Virus record (IMG/VR): IMGVR_UViG_3300030108_006260
Location: 62,001 to 126,000 of that record
Reading direction: 5' to 3' (one strand)
Length of the DNA stretch: 64,000 nucleotides
This document shows positions 43,952-55,062 of this stretch, piece after piece (position 1 is the stretch's first letter; each line of letters opens with the position of its first letter). The notes beneath the pieces are model-generated. The model was not told the origin of the DNA. It did no database searches and saw nothing but the letters and a program-made list of their open reading frames with translations. The position numbers were made by a program, and so were the translations under genes.

Positions 43952-45820
43952 CTAGGACAAAACAGTAAGTTCCCACTTGGCCTGACCACAATCCCACAGT
44001 TTGACTAGCCCATGCTCGTATCCAGTCTTTCCTGGATATCTCAGGCGGTGAAAAACGGAGGTAAAATCAGTCCAACCGAAAGACACACCCTCTCGTACAA
44101 AGGACCATCCCTGCATCGGGAGGTGAGACCCAGTCCCGTATCTTCGATCTATAAAGGTTTGAATCTTATCAGGTTTCTCCTTTTCGATTACTCTCTTTAC
44201 AAGGCGTGACCACCCACCTACTACAGAAATACCTTTAGAAGTACAAAATCTAGAAATATCCAATACACGTTTTCCGGTACCCGGAACCCACTTTACCTGA
44301 ATAGCTGCCACGGTATGGCCCTCGTAGTCTAAAGAATAGATCCTACCAGAACCTTTCCCCATCAAATGGTTCTCCTCAAAGAACGAAGGAAGAGACGTAG
44401 AATGTGAGCACTTACGTGCATATACTTTACGAGAAAGTCCTAGGGCATTTGAGATAATGCTTTGACATACCTCAGGCTTTGATATAATTTCGTCCTTACG
44501 AAAAGCAAGATGACGATAACCAGCTTTTTCAAGTGTGTCTCTTTTATTTATATGGTAATTCTTATCTCTCTTCAGCTCCGAATGCCAATATAGGCCATCA
44601 CACTCAATGGCCACCATTGCTGAGGGTATAACGAAATCGGGCCTTACTCCACTAACAAAAGAGTTGAACTCGTAGTCTATCCCCAACGAATTAATCCAGG
44701 ATTCTACAGTTGCCTCAATTCCTGTACGTTTCATTATGAGTTTCCCATCAACGAAACGATCTACGTTAGAGGCTATTACGCGACAAGGGCTTTCTTTAAG
44801 GAGACATAAAAGAGAGGCCCCTTCTTTGACAAATTCCTCGTCGTTAATTAGATCCTTGACCTGGATAAGGTGAGATACGCTTGATACAGCTCCAGAGTCC
44901 GTAAGAGATTTCTTTGTATCGATGTGGTCAACTACCAGAAATCGTCCTGGCAAAATATCGTCGAGAGCTTTTTGATAGTACTCAGGTACTGGAATATCTA
45001 GCCTAAAATTGTAGTTAGGATCCTCTTTTAGCCTAGCCTGTAGGTTATACGCGCTGTATGAGAATTCGTAGTCTTCCCTAGAATCTAATATTCGGAAGCG
45101 GTATCCAGAAACAGGACAGTTATGCTCAAGAAATAGAATATTAAGGTGACTTGCCCCCAATTTATTGACCTTCTTCTGCCACTTGTGTACAGGGTCATCA
45201 GTCAAAGACTCCTCAAATCTGTGCCGAGGGTTTTTTCTAAGAGAAGAGCGTAGATGCGGCCACCCTACCTTAATCTCGTCGTCCTCTAAGGAGTCATAAC
45301 AACAAATTAGAGGACGTCCTCCCGTGCTACCCACAACGCGTACATCACTAAATCTGTCAGGAGCTAACTTCTCTATCTTTGATGCCCACTTAGCGTTTTC
45401 ATCCAAGACACTCGTAAATGTACGTACCGGATCTTTTTCTAGTTCATTCAAAAGCTGGTGAACCGACTTGTATGTGAACTCGTACCCATACCTAGTGTCC
45501 TCAATAACACAAAAGCCCTTTTTCACTCTCTTTGGGACTAGATGCGGGTATTTTTCCAGCGCGTGTTCCCATTTGGAAACTCCCTTAAGTCGAGAAGATG
45601 TGGGCCTGAATCTATGTCCTGGGTCCTTTTTGAGGATATGCTTCATGGAAGCGTAGTTGTATACGAACTCGATTCCGCGATGAGTGTCCTGGAAAAGAAA
45701 CTTGTATATGGTCTGCTTTTTCCTGAGGACTTCATGAAGAGAAACGATCTTATACCTATCACCAAAACCAGACTGGTTTAGGTCCTCTTGATACTTCTCT
45801 ACGATCTCGGAATCTGTCAT
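43952..45820 (-). mobile_element. free-standing homing endonuclease-like gene (DUF559/Vsr-like nuclease plus Hef-like C-terminal domain)
   Basis: RPDFVIP...AIECDGLYWHSE...HL.F..DEI nuclease core; KVYARKC...FFEENHLMG...ISRFCT...VVGG.SRL...TFIDRRYG...WDCGQ tail; five repeated N-terminal modules; sits between tail genes. Confidence 0.75.
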
Positions 45821-45850
45821 GTCCAGGTAGTAATATTACTAGGGTTTAAA

Positions 45851-45882
45851 GAAAAAGAGGAGACTAACGTCTCCTCTTTTTC
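45851..45882. terminator. bidirectional intrinsic terminator after the sheath gene
   Basis: GAAAAAGAGGAGAC-TAAC-GTCTCCTCTTTTTC. Confidence 0.9.
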
Positions 45883-45901
45883 TCTTTTACAGGTACGAAT
45901 A

Positions 45902-48900
45902 CTATACTGATTGACCGAAGAACTTACGGTCAACAGAGTATAGACCGAAGAGCCTCTTGATCGGGTATCTTCCATGCCAGAAATACTTGAAGTTATACAA
46001 CGTTCTCTGGTCCTTAGCTCGGAACACCTCTACGTCAGAGTTGGGATCGAGGGGACGGTCGTTACCTGCATCATCCTGGAAGGCTCCAATGATTCCGCGA
46101 GCAACAAGAGAGGCCAACTTTTCAACTAGGAAGCTCTGTATAATGGCCACACCTGCCTGCTCGGAAGGAGGAACAACACCAATAATAGCGCTGTCCATAG
46201 AGTCACGAATCTCTCGGGTAACAAACTGCTTCTGGTTGATAGCAACAGAAATCTCGTTGTTATCATCACTAGACCGGTCTACAGTAGTAGACTCTTCGAT
46301 ACGGAAAACAGGTGCGTCATCTGTACCTTGGTTACTAACCCAAATGATAGAAGCTGCGTTGAGCCTGAGTTCTTCGGGCTCCTCATACGTCTTCATAGAG
46401 TCAAACCCGAAGAGGTTCTTACGTAGAAGAGTCTCACCTGGATCATCGAACGAAGCATTTCGGCCAGCGATAGCCGCTGCAATGAAGGAACCGTCAAGTG
46501 TTACTTCAATAGCGGTTCCATCTGTTAGACTAATGGTCTTAGTAGCCTCAGTGTTTCCAACGAGGACACGAGTACCGTGTGCAGGGTTTTCTCCGAACAC
46601 CTGAAGGGTCCTCTGAGAAAGGTACACTAGGGTGCCTGGAATGTTCCCATCGCCTATCTGAGTCCCGATTGGTGTACCCACCCAGAGAGCACGTTCACCA
46701 CGCTCGAAGGGATCGTTCATCTTTTCGTTGTTCTCTAGGGATTTGGAAAGAGATGCAAAGCTGTTAAGAACAGTAATGTCAGTTAGATCTCTTACGTCCT
46801 CGGTTGCCTCTATAGCATTGTTGATGTCTAAAGTAGAGATAACTCCGTCACCGTCCGAGTCATATGCCTGGGAGAAGTAGGCTCCGAACGCATTGTTGTC
46901 GTTAAGGATAAGCTCAGCAGCAATGAGTAGGTCGTTAGTAGTAGCGGACGGACCCAGTAGGTCCTGTGCTTCCTCAAAAGAGAATACCTTCTGTGGGGTG
47001 TTGTACAGGCTGGCCTCGCGAACGATGTTTGCCGTTACGTTGTACAGCGCGGAAGGAGAAGGCTCTCTACCGATATGCTCGTAGTAAACCTCAATCGGAT
47101 TGGTAGGAGGGGTAGCAAAAGCAATGTAGGGCTGATTAGGGAAAGTGGAGAAGGACGAAATCAGCGCGCCAGTAACAGTGTCTCGTATGTATAGAACCTG
47201 TGTGGCAATGTTATCAAGGACGATGTATCTAAGGCCCACTGTCCCTGTAATGACGCCTAAAGTGTCAGTAAACAGCTGAGTAGGAATGTCGATTATTTCA
47301 CTCTCTCGGGTAGTGAGAGACCAGTCGATTACATCCTCATTAACAGTGCTAAATGTCCACTGATCATTGATAGCAAAACGGTTTGCAAGAGTAGACTGAG
47401 AACCTACGTTACGTAGCCATAGAGTTACGTTACCAGGAAGAGGAAGGCTTCCAGCGGGTCCTACACTCTGAACCAAATCAAACCCGCCCTCAGGGGTTCC
47501 TGTCTGATATTGAACTGTTACGGTGTTAGCGCTTCCAGAAGTACCTACAGCAGAAACATCAATAACATAATCCCTGTCGTCCTTTGCCGTAACAAAGAGA
47601 CGGTCTGCCGTGGCCTGGAACCAGAAGGCATCGTTTACGGTAAAGTTACCTGTACCGAAGTCAAAGGATAAGAGAACTCCGTTTCCAAGCGAAATGTTTT
47701 CGTTGGTAGTAGTTGCCTCATTGATAGTAAAGGTACGACTAGAACCGTTGTACTCAAGGTCAGGTACTTCTCCCCATGCTTGCCATACGAAACTTGCTGT
47801 ACGAGAGCCGGGAGCACCTGCTGAAGCCGTGCAGACCAGTAGATATCTACGATTACGGGTACCCGTATAGACGGCGTCTGCACGCAGGCTTGGAACACCA
47901 GTTCCTGCTGCACCCGATGCCATAGAAACGGACCATGAAGGCGACCCGGTACGGGTAAGAACACCATCTCCTACAGCAGAGAAGGAAGCATGTTGTTCAG
48001 TGTTTCCAAGGGCTGAGTCAAGCTCAATGGATGCAGGGCCTAGTCCCGTAACCTCGAAGACCTCACCTCCTACAATAGAGGAAGAATCGTCGTCTAGAAT
48101 AAATTCTATAAGGTCACCTGTAACATCTGTGAACTCCACAGTAGTAACAGACCCTACTCCTCCAGTAAACTCTACGTCCGTTCCCAATCCAGCAGAAACG
48201 TTAGTACTGTGGAGAGGAAGCTGGGGCTGAGTACCTACTGCGGTTGGTCCCATAAGAGCGCTTGCTGCAATAGAAGCACCCGCAGCCACTTCTGGGAACG
48301 AAGCACCCGAATCCTGTATCACAGTAATAGTAGCAGGGATGTCTCCTGCCGCAGGCGCTCCTAGAGTAACTCTATATCGTCTGTTGTAGGGGTGAGCGGA
48401 ACCAGAGGTTGATGCAACTCCCATAGCAGCAGGGGATACGACTCCAGACACGGGCCTGACGTACCCAGCGGAGGTGAATCCAGCAATAACCATGGGGGCT
48501 GTAGGAAACTGGGCGCTAGCTAGACCTAGGATTGCATTAGCCGTTCCCGCGTTTACCTCAACCGCAGAAATACCAGGGTCATTGCTGTCTGACCGGATAG
48601 TAATGAAGTCGGTGGGACTCTCCACAGCCAATCCATCGGATGAAATAACTGCGTTTATGGCGGCAGCTACTAGTGCAGCAGTGGTATCTGTAGAGGCAAA
48701 GGTAACGGAGTAGTTTGTTCCATTGATGTCAAGGTCCAAAACCTCACCGCCGACAAATGCGTAGGGAGCAGCGTTTGTTGTGGTAACCTGTGCGGGCTCA
48801 AACCCTACAGAAGTAGAAGAGGAGAACGCGTTAGACAGATCTGGCTCAGGATCTGTAGTAGCAACAGGCAAGTAATAGTGAACAAACTCCTCGTAAAGCT

Positions 48901-49381
48901 CCTGGTTCTCAGTATCCCCTACGAAGCGGATTTCTCTTACGTCATCAAAGGGAAGTTCATCCTGAATGGTACGGGACGTGGACTGGTAACTAAGAGTGTA
49001 GGTAGCACTAATGTCGAATGCTTCAGGAAGCAGAAGAATCTGGTTGAACACCCCAGAATCGGGGGTACTTTCAACGAAGCGCCACTTAGACGCAGGAACA
49101 ATTCGACCAGTGCTGTCGAAAAGCTGAGCAATCGTCTGATCATTTAACGCAGGCTGAGCCAAGGTCACAAGGTGAGGGGAGGTACTCGGGAAAGGCACGA
49201 GTACGTCACTCAAGTAACTGCGGCGGAGGGGGGCGTTGAACACAGTACGCAGACGGCTCCCCCTTCCTACACAGCAAGGAAGTCTAACAAATCCTGTGAG
49301 ACCAGTGGGGGTTGGGCGATTAATCCTTCCGATGTAAACGCCGGGCTTTACAACTCGGGTAGTGACTAGAACGTCTGGCAT
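45902..49381 (-). CDS. contractile tail sheath protein (large, 1159 aa)
   Basis: N-terminal VVKPGVYIGRI; C-terminal DGSFIAAAIAG...LLRKNL.GF...YEEPE.LRL...IIWV...ESTT...EIS sheath-type domain. Confidence 0.85.
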   Translation of the reverse strand: MPDVLVTTRVVKPGVYIGRINRPTPTGLTGFVRLPCCVGRGSRLRTVFNAPLRRSYLSDVLVPFPSTSPHLVTLAQPALNDQTIAQLFDSTGRIVPASKWRFVESTPDSGVFNQILLLPEAFDISATYTLSYQSTSRTIQDELPFDDVREIRFVGDTENQELYEEFVHYYLPVATTDPEPDLSNAFSSSTSVGFEPAQVTTTNAAPYAFVGGEVLDLDINGTNYSVTFASTDTTAALVAAAINAVISSDGLAVESPTDFITIRSDSNDPGISAVEVNAGTANAILGLASAQFPTAPMVIAGFTSAGYVRPVSGVVSPAAMGVASTSGSAHPYNRRYRVTLGAPAAGDIPATITVIQDSGASFPEVAAGASIAASALMGPTAVGTQPQLPLHSTNVSAGLGTDVEFTGGVGSVTTVEFTDVTGDLIEFILDDDSSSIVGGEVFEVTGLGPASIELDSALGNTEQHASFSAVGDGVLTRTGSPSWSVSMASGAAGTGVPSLRADAVYTGTRNRRYLLVCTASAGAPGSRTASFVWQAWGEVPDLEYNGSSRTFTINEATTTNENISLGNGVLLSFDFGTGNFTVNDAFWFQATADRLFVTAKDDRDYVIDVSAVGTSGSANTVTVQYQTGTPEGGFDLVQSVGPAGSLPLPGNVTLWLRNVGSQSTLANRFAINDQWTFSTVNEDVIDWSLTTRESEIIDIPTQLFTDTLGVITGTVGLRYIVLDNIATQVLYIRDTVTGALISSFSTFPNQPYIAFATPPTNPIEVYYEHIGREPSPSALYNVTANIVREASLYNTPQKVFSFEEAQDLLGPSATTNDLLIAAELILNDNNAFGAYFSQAYDSDGDGVISTLDINNAIEATEDVRDLTDITVLNSFASLSKSLENNEKMNDPFERGERALWVGTPIGTQIGDGNIPGTLVYLSQRTLQVFGENPAHGTRVLVGNTEATKTISLTDGTAIEVTLDGSFIAAAIAGRNASFDDPGETLLRKNLFGFDSMKTYEEPEELRLNAASIIWVSNQGTDDAPVFRIEESTTVDRSSDDNNEISVAINQKQFVTREIRDSMDSAIIGVVPPSEQAGVAIIQSFLVEKLASLVARGIIGAFQDDAGNDRPLDPNSDVEVFRAKDQRTLYNFKYFWHGRYPIKRLFGLYSVDRKFFGQSV

Positions 49382-49514
49382 GTTTTACCTCAGGTGCACA
49401 CTCAGTAGAACTGTAGATGCACGTGGTTTTAGAATAAAAAGAGTAAGCTAAGCTAAGAAAGTTTAGTAAGATATATGGTCAGTGAGACCAATGGTGACAC
49501 AGACCGGCAAAAGC

Positions 49515-50009
49515 TTAGGAGTCTAACTCAAGAGCGATATTATCTAGAGCATCCTCTTCTGAAAGAGAAGGGTCAGTGGCGTCGGAAGGATCAGGTGAGT
49601 CTTGTCCCTCCTCTGTGGACATATCCGAGTTTCCTTCAGGGTCCATCCTGTTCGCCGCCATGTCCCGGAGCTTCATATAAAACTCGTGAAGCTCTCTTTC
49701 GTGCTTTTCTGCTGAAGAAATGAGCTTCTTAACCATTTTGACCTGCTCGGAGTCAGCTCCGTAAGTATCAATAAAGATATAAGCAAGGTTCTGACCACGG
49801 TTGTTATTCCACCAGTTCAGGAAGTCAGGCCAGCTCTCAATTTCAATCTGGTCTCCCTTAGCAGCGTGACGCTGGCGCTGGAGATTTGCCCGGACTTCAC
49901 GGGCTATAGCTGTAGCAGAGTAACTGAGGTCGTCTTGTCCTCGTCGCTCGCACTCACTAGCCAATTTCATCAGTCCAGATAGGATCTTGTTACTCATAGA
50001 AAAACTCAA
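49515..50009 (-). CDS. hypothetical virion-region protein
   Basis: Carries the same L.KLA..cE..G....s..a helical motif as 39485..40714; acidic tail. Confidence 0.65.
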   Translation of the reverse strand: MSFSMSNKILSGLMKLASECERRGQDDLSYSATAIAREVRANLQRQRHAAKGDQIEIESWPDFLNWWNNNRGQNLAYIFIDTYGADSEQVKMVKKLISSAEKHERELHEFYMKLRDMAANRMDPEGNSDMSTEEGQDSPDPSDATDPSLSEEDALDNIALELDS

Positions 50010-50077
50010 TAATAAAAATAGGTCAAAAGGGGCAAAAGTAGATAAGTATTATGCTTTATAGCAAGAATATGTACATG

Positions 50078-50118
50078 TAAAAAAAGTTAGTAACTACTAA
50101 ACCTAGCAGTTACTAACT
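50078..50118 (-). terminator. intrinsic terminator
   Basis: AGTTAGTAACT-12 nt-AGTTACTAACT stem followed by a T-run on the minus strand. Confidence 0.75.
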
Positions 50119-50130
50119 TCTGAAAAAGAT

Positions 50131-50802
50131 TTACATGGGGCGTTCGAACTCTCCCTCAGGAGTATTCAAGTCATCTTCCCTCTGTTCTTCCCTGAGTTGA
50201 TACCAGCTCTGGCCGTTGCCAAATAGGTTTGTCTGAGAGTAGGCAGACCGCTCGTGCTCTGAATCCCTATAGGCAATATCAACAAAGAGATGTCGCATGA
50301 AGGAAAAGAATCTCTTGTGTTTCTTTCCTTCCTGTGGATATCTAGCGTTATGGCCGAACCTAAGAAGAGCAGTAATGAAGTTAGTTACCTGCCAGAAACC
50401 ACCAGATAGCCATATAACAGCGCCTAGTCCCCAGTCTCCTGTGTGGTAGGTGACGTAGCATCCGAGTAAGAAGCTAAGGAACATGTTATCCTCGACCTGC
50501 CACACGTGAATTCTTTCGTGCTTTTCAAGTCTTTCGTCTAACGAGTCCTGTGCGTCGCGGGAGCCCGGGTAGAAAATAACAGCTCTTCCTATGGTTGTGC
50601 TATACTTCCAAAACTTAGCAAACCATGGACGCCACTCAGCCGTAACAATGCCCGCATCTTCCCAACGAAGAGTTCTGTAGTCTGCGGTCCAGAAAAGAAA
50701 GCAGTTCAAGACGGCCCAAAGCCAACCTAATAGAGACCAGGGAGCCGTAAAGGCAAACCGGATCCATGCCATAACTAAACGTGTCATATTTCCTCTGTTC
50801 AT
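50131..50802 (-). CDS. membrane protein with HExxH motif
   Basis: Hydrophobic segments; LEKHERIHVWQ...EHERSAY. Confidence 0.65.
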   Translation of the reverse strand: MNRGNMTRLVMAWIRFAFTAPWSLLGWLWAVLNCFLFWTADYRTLRWEDAGIVTAEWRPWFAKFWKYSTTIGRAVIFYPGSRDAQDSLDERLEKHERIHVWQVEDNMFLSFLLGCYVTYHTGDWGLGAVIWLSGGFWQVTNFITALLRFGHNARYPQEGKKHKRFFSFMRHLFVDIAYRDSEHERSAYSQTNLFGNGQSWYQLREEQREDDLNTPEGEFERPM

Positions 50803-51680
50803 AACGTGTGATATTCTACCGGGGCAGGTAAACCGGATTCGTACTTAGCTAACCTTTCCTGAGTCACCTTTAAAGACTCTGGGTTCTTATCAACCAAAAT
50901 AAACTCTCTGCCAAGCCTAACAGCAGCCTCGCCTGTGGACCCGCTTCCTGCGAATGGGTCCAAAATTACACCAGAAGGGGGACTGCTAGCTTTTATTATT
51001 CTCTCTATGATTCCTAGAGGCTTTTGTGTCGGGTACCCTGTTTTCTCTTTTCCTGTAGGGGATACAATCGTATGCCACCAGCAAGAAGTTACCTTCTTGC
51101 CTCTTTCTGCTTTTTCCTTAGATACCATGCCAGGTGCCATGTAAGGAATCCTCGCAACTTCTTCGTCGTTCCAGTAGTACTTAGATTTATCCTTTACCCA
51201 AAAAAGAATATTATCATGCTTAGCAGGCCATCTTGTTTTTGGTTTTCCGCCATAATCATACGCCCAGATGATCTCATTTAGGAAGTTCTCTCTCCCAAAG
51301 ATAAAGTCTCCCAAAATACGAGCATACGGGGATTCACGATAGTCTAAGTGGAGATAAAAAGATCCTGTTGGCTTTAGAACACGGTGAATCTCTGCTATTC
51401 TAGGAGCAATAAAAGACTCGAAATCAGAAAAACTATCGTCGTAGCTAAGAGCCTCACTTACGCTAGTTACTTTGTACTTTTTATCCTGAAATCCCGTCTG
51501 AGTTCCAGTGGATGACTGCACGGCTTTCTTGTTCTGACGAACCCTCTTCTTACCTGTGTTAAATGGAGGATCCGTGTACACAAGGTCTACGGAGTTGTCC
51601 GGTATAGATTTAAGAGCTACAAGATTGTCGGATAGATAAAACTTATTTGTCATTATGAAAGTGTCACTTGTACTTCCCAT
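50799..51680 (-). CDS. DNA N6-adenine/N4-cytosine methyltransferase (beta class)
   Basis: YTDPPF (motif IV) precedes YPTQKP and LDPFAGSGST (motif I). Confidence 0.95.
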   Translation of the reverse strand: MGSTSDTFIMTNKFYLSDNLVALKSIPDNSVDLVYTDPPFNTGKKRVRQNKKAVQSSTGTQTGFQDKKYKVTSVSEALSYDDSFSDFESFIAPRIAEIHRVLKPTGSFYLHLDYRESPYARILGDFIFGRENFLNEIIWAYDYGGKPKTRWPAKHDNILFWVKDKSKYYWNDEEVARIPYMAPGMVSKEKAERGKKVTSCWWHTIVSPTGKEKTGYPTQKPLGIIERIIKASSPPSGVILDPFAGSGSTGEAAVRLGREFILVDKNPESLKVTQERLAKYESGLPAPVEYHTL

Positions 51681-52774
51681 GTTCGAATGGGGGAAGGTCC
51701 GTTAGGTGTTCTAGAGTCCATTAGGTGAACCTTAAATATTCCCGGCCTACGTGGAACTATGGAACATGTAGTTACATCAATCAGTGCAATACGAGGGTTA
51801 TCACTAACAAAATATCCCCAAGCAGGCATCCAATCGAGTTCAATAGGTGTGTTTTGGTTTATCTTTACACTCTCAGGAACTCGAATTGCGTCCAGAGTAG
51901 GAGAAGAAGTAGCTAGTGGAACACACTTTCCGTCCGAAGTCCTGAATCCCATAGGATCCACTCCCATGTACTGATCGCTTATCTGGTAGTTCAGAGATAG
52001 CCTGTCGGCGGTTCCGGCTCCAACACCTACGCTTATGGGTTTACCGTCAGCTAGCCTATTAGCCTGTACCTGCCTGTCAAATATGACAGCAGATATTCCC
52101 TCAAAGACCATCTCTAGGGACAAGGTGGCCGTCCAGAAGGAGTCTTTAGGGTCGTCTGTTACGTTCCTACGCTCAAGACCAGAAGAGGTCTCTGTTAGGG
52201 GTATACGTACTTCCCATTTATCTTCAGGTCTGTCGGATCTAATAACGTGACCCTTGTTAAGGTGAGTAAGTACTCCGAATATGTATTCTAAAGCATCACG
52301 CAAGTCACTACAGGTAGTAGCATCCATTGATGCAATCTGTAGTTCAATGGGAACTGTGGCCAACATGGATAGTTCTACCTGAGACAGTGAATCATTAATC
52401 TGACGAGAATCTGTTATTCCACCCAGACCCGTAGTCTCTCTTGAAAATCCAGTGTCAACTATCAATATAGCCGGAAGCTTTTGGCGTAGCTCTGTCCAGT
52501 ACCTCTCTAACTGGACCTGATAAATAGTAGGATCCTCGTTATCCCTAGGACCAGATATACGAGTCTCGTAGTTGACAGTGAACCCGGCTGTAAGGGTTAA
52601 CTGCTCCCGGTGGACTCCTCTAGGGTCAAAATACCTACCAAGATAGGACTGTAGCGCGGACTTAATGGTCTCTGTGACCCTAGCCTCTGCTGTCCTAGCT
52701 ATCTTTTCTTTCTTGGTCCTAGGTATGTTTGAGAATATGAATTCTTCGGGCTTTTCTATAGGGTCTTCTGCCAT
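51653..52774 (-). CDS. putative tail completion/neck protein
   Basis: LPAILIVDTG...IELQIASMD...DLRDAL...FWTATLSLEM pattern typical of tail-terminator-like proteins; structural context. Confidence 0.5.
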   Translation of the reverse strand: MAEDPIEKPEEFIFSNIPRTKKEKIARTAEARVTETIKSALQSYLGRYFDPRGVHREQLTLTAGFTVNYETRISGPRDNEDPTIYQVQLERYWTELRQKLPAILIVDTGFSRETTGLGGITDSRQINDSLSQVELSMLATVPIELQIASMDATTCSDLRDALEYIFGVLTHLNKGHVIRSDRPEDKWEVRIPLTETSSGLERRNVTDDPKDSFWTATLSLEMVFEGISAVIFDRQVQANRLADGKPISVGVGAGTADRLSLNYQISDQYMGVDPMGFRTSDGKCVPLATSSPTLDAIRVPESVKINQNTPIELDWMPAWGYFVSDNPRIALIDVTTCSIVPRRPGIFKVHLMDSRTPNGPSPIRTWEVQVTLS

Positions 52775-52795
52775 GTTCCCAAATAACCTAAGTTA

Positions 52796-53233
52796 TTAAT
52801 CTTGGGTAGCAGACTCCAGCAGCGATGAAAAGTCATCAGGAGACTCGACATCATCTGCGGACTTGGCAAAAGAAAGATATCCAACCATGTCGTGTACGGA
52901 GATGTAGGAAGCGTGACCCTTGTTACCTGGGTGATTAATCACAAAGTGATTAAGGTCTGGGTAATCCACCACTAGCTTTCTGCACATCTTCAGGAGTGAT
53001 TGCTGAAGAACAGAACCGTCGTCCCGGTACCTTCTTGTCAACTCGTACACTTTAGAAGCTGCATCAGGGTTCCTAAGCCAGCAAAACCTCTCTGCTGCCT
53101 CCTTGCTGGTGAAGAGCAAAACACCTCGGTTACCTGTAGTAACATCAAGTTCGACGGCAGGAATATGGTCTGCATTATCGGTTCTAATGGTCCAGAGCGA
53201 CCCATCCAGATTTAGTTTATTTTTACTGTCCAT
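52796..53233 (-). CDS. hypothetical protein
   Basis: 145 aa; GVLLFTSKEAA weakly SseB-like. Confidence 0.55.
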   Translation of the reverse strand: MDSKNKLNLDGSLWTIRTDNADHIPAVELDVTTGNRGVLLFTSKEAAERFCWLRNPDAASKVYELTRRYRDDGSVLQQSLLKMCRKLVVDYPDLNHFVINHPGNKGHASYISVHDMVGYLSFAKSADDVESPDDFSSLLESATQD

Positions 53234-53236
53234 GAC

Positions 53237-53995
53237 TTAGTTCTCCCGTACAGCAGGAGTAACTCCTGCCCACCTAACAAGGTTCTGATACCACCTTTTT
53301 ACATTAGAGTAATAGCGATAGTTAAACCACCTTCCTCCAGTATTGTGAGCAACCCAGTAAGCTTTATCACACCCAAGGCGGTAGTTGATAGTGGTACCAG
53401 AACGGGTCTGGTATGTTCCGGTGAATCTCGGCACGGAATCACAGACGTCCAAGTAGGAAATCATAGAGTCAGCTAGTAGAGATATATTTTGTTCTGCATC
53501 TAATAGGTCAGAAGGGGAGTCCAGGTTTGAGGATAAAACTCCTGGCCATCTAAACTGGGAGAGACCAGCATCAATGGAGAAAGATCCCAGTCTTCGACGT
53601 AGGCCAGGACTCTCAAGTACTCTCACAATGTCAGATTCCCTTACACCACGATTATGCCTACGTCTGTAGTAGTCTCTGATCTCTCTGTGCAAGGAAGTAG
53701 CACACCGATTAAAGCTACTTTCCTGTGCTACAATAGCTGCTCCCATGAACGGGTCAAACCTTCCATCCCTGTGATACTCTTCTACTAGAAACTGGGCATA
53801 TTCCCTTGCTCTGGATAGTGCCTCCTCTCCCCGAATAAAAGAGCCGCACTCCCTCCACCTGAGAGTGCCGCTTGCGCCTGTCTTAGCCCTGTATATGGAA
53901 GAAGTTAGCGTATCTACGCTAACATAAGGAAGGGACTGGGAATAGGCGGTGGAGGACGTACCAACGACAAAAATTACTATAAGTGAACGAATCAT
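53237..53995 (-). CDS. lytic transglycosylase / lysozyme-like (SLT) protein, secreted
   Basis: Signal-like N-terminus; AIVAQESSFN (catalytic Glu), DAGLSQF, LLDAEQNI, AHNTG. Confidence 0.75.
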   Translation of the reverse strand: MIRSLIVIFVVGTSSTAYSQSLPYVSVDTLTSSIYRAKTGASGTLRWRECGSFIRGEEALSRAREYAQFLVEEYHRDGRFDPFMGAAIVAQESSFNRCATSLHREIRDYYRRRHNRGVRESDIVRVLESPGLRRRLGSFSIDAGLSQFRWPGVLSSNLDSPSDLLDAEQNISLLADSMISYLDVCDSVPRFTGTYQTRSGTTINYRLGCDKAYWVAHNTGGRWFNYRYYSNVKRWYQNLVRWAGVTPAVREN

Positions 53996-53997
53996 AA

Positions 53998-55062
53998 TTA
54001 GCTATAAAATGAAGAAACAGAATGGCATAGAAAGAATTTATTACCTTCTTCTACAATCTCTATGCATGCGTCGGAACCTTGATCTAGATTTAAAGGGGTT
54101 CCTGTTTTAGGACATAGGTAATCTTGCTCCTCTGCCTGCCTTAGTATGGAGGAGGGGGAAGCAAAAGGGAACCTGGACGACAGACGAGAATAACTATCGC
54201 TGGGCTCGTACTTCCCTGGTAGCGACGGTTTCCCCGGAAAATCAGAAGGAATTCTAACGGTGTCAGCAGCAGAATTAAACCTGATACCGTAGTAATAGGA
54301 TAGGTCGTGAAATGCGCCTTTTCTTCCTAGTGCTCGGTCACACTGTTCTGCTGTAACTGACCCATTCTCGTACATGGACTTTACCTTGCACCACCTATGG
54401 TAGTCGTAAGACCTAGCCTCGTTAAAAAGACCATGTGAAACTAGTCTAGATACTTTGTCTTGTAGAGAAAACCGGTCAGTAAGAGTGCCCAGATAAAGAT
54501 CTGGAAGAATCTTTAGGGACTCTTGTTCAGATGGGTGAAGGTCTTTTGAGGAATCCTCATCAAGACCTAGTCTCATGATCCTTATTACTCTTCCTCCAAG
54601 GGACCGAATAAAACTCTCCTCGTTTAAAAATCTCAAATCTGGTACCAGTACGTTATCCTTACCCTCAATGGAAGACTTAATTTGATCGAACCAAAAAGAG
54701 TCACGAGAAGACCTCACATACTCCGTTCCGAAAAATTGTAGGATCTCTCTTGGGGACCTGGCTATCTTGTTCTGAGGGTATATCTGTATCCCTGTTACCC
54801 TTGACATAGAGTCACAGTAGTCATCCATGGAAACGGGGTCCAGGGACTCCACTTTTCCTTCCTGTGTGTACACCTGATCCTTCGTTAGACCAAATATTTC
54901 CATAGCCATGATTTTCAGGGAGCCAGCAAAGTGATCTACGTACCAAGAAACGTCAGGGTTTGCATTGCAAACTAGCTGAGCGAAAGTGTCCTTGCCGTGT
55001 CCCTTGAATCCGGCTATCCCATAGAGTAACCCCATAACTATCAATTCCCTAGTAAGTTCCAA
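53998..55062 (-). CDS. deoxynucleoside monophosphate kinase with C-terminal extension
   Basis: [41 protein letters not shown]. Confidence 0.9.
   Translation of the reverse strand: MELTRELIVMGLLYGIAGFKGHGKDTFAQLVCNANPDVSWYVDHFAGSLKIMAMEIFGLTKDQVYTQEGKVESLDPVSMDDYCDSMSRVTGIQIYPQNKIARSPREILQFFGTEYVRSSRDSFWFDQIKSSIEGKDNVLVPDLRFLNEESFIRSLGGRVIRIMRLGLDEDSSKDLHPSEQESLKILPDLYLGTLTDRFSLQDKVSRLVSHGLFNEARSYDYHRWCKVKSMYENGSVTAEQCDRALGRKGAFHDLSYYYGIRFNSAADTVRIPSDFPGKPSLPGKYEPSDSYSRLSSRFPFASPSSILRQAEEQDYLCPKTGTPLNLDQGSDACIEIVEEGNKFFLCHSVSSFYS

Noticed and set aside
45957-46604. 215-aa plus-strand ORF and other long antisense ORFs (e.g. 22334-22954, 61873-62445)
   Set aside because: Fully nested opposite conserved genes (sheath, polA, operon genes) with no motifs.
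34883-52795. TTATT-like words upstream of several structural genes as a late promoter
   Set aside because: Too short and AT-rich, with variable spacing; cannot be distinguished from background by eye.
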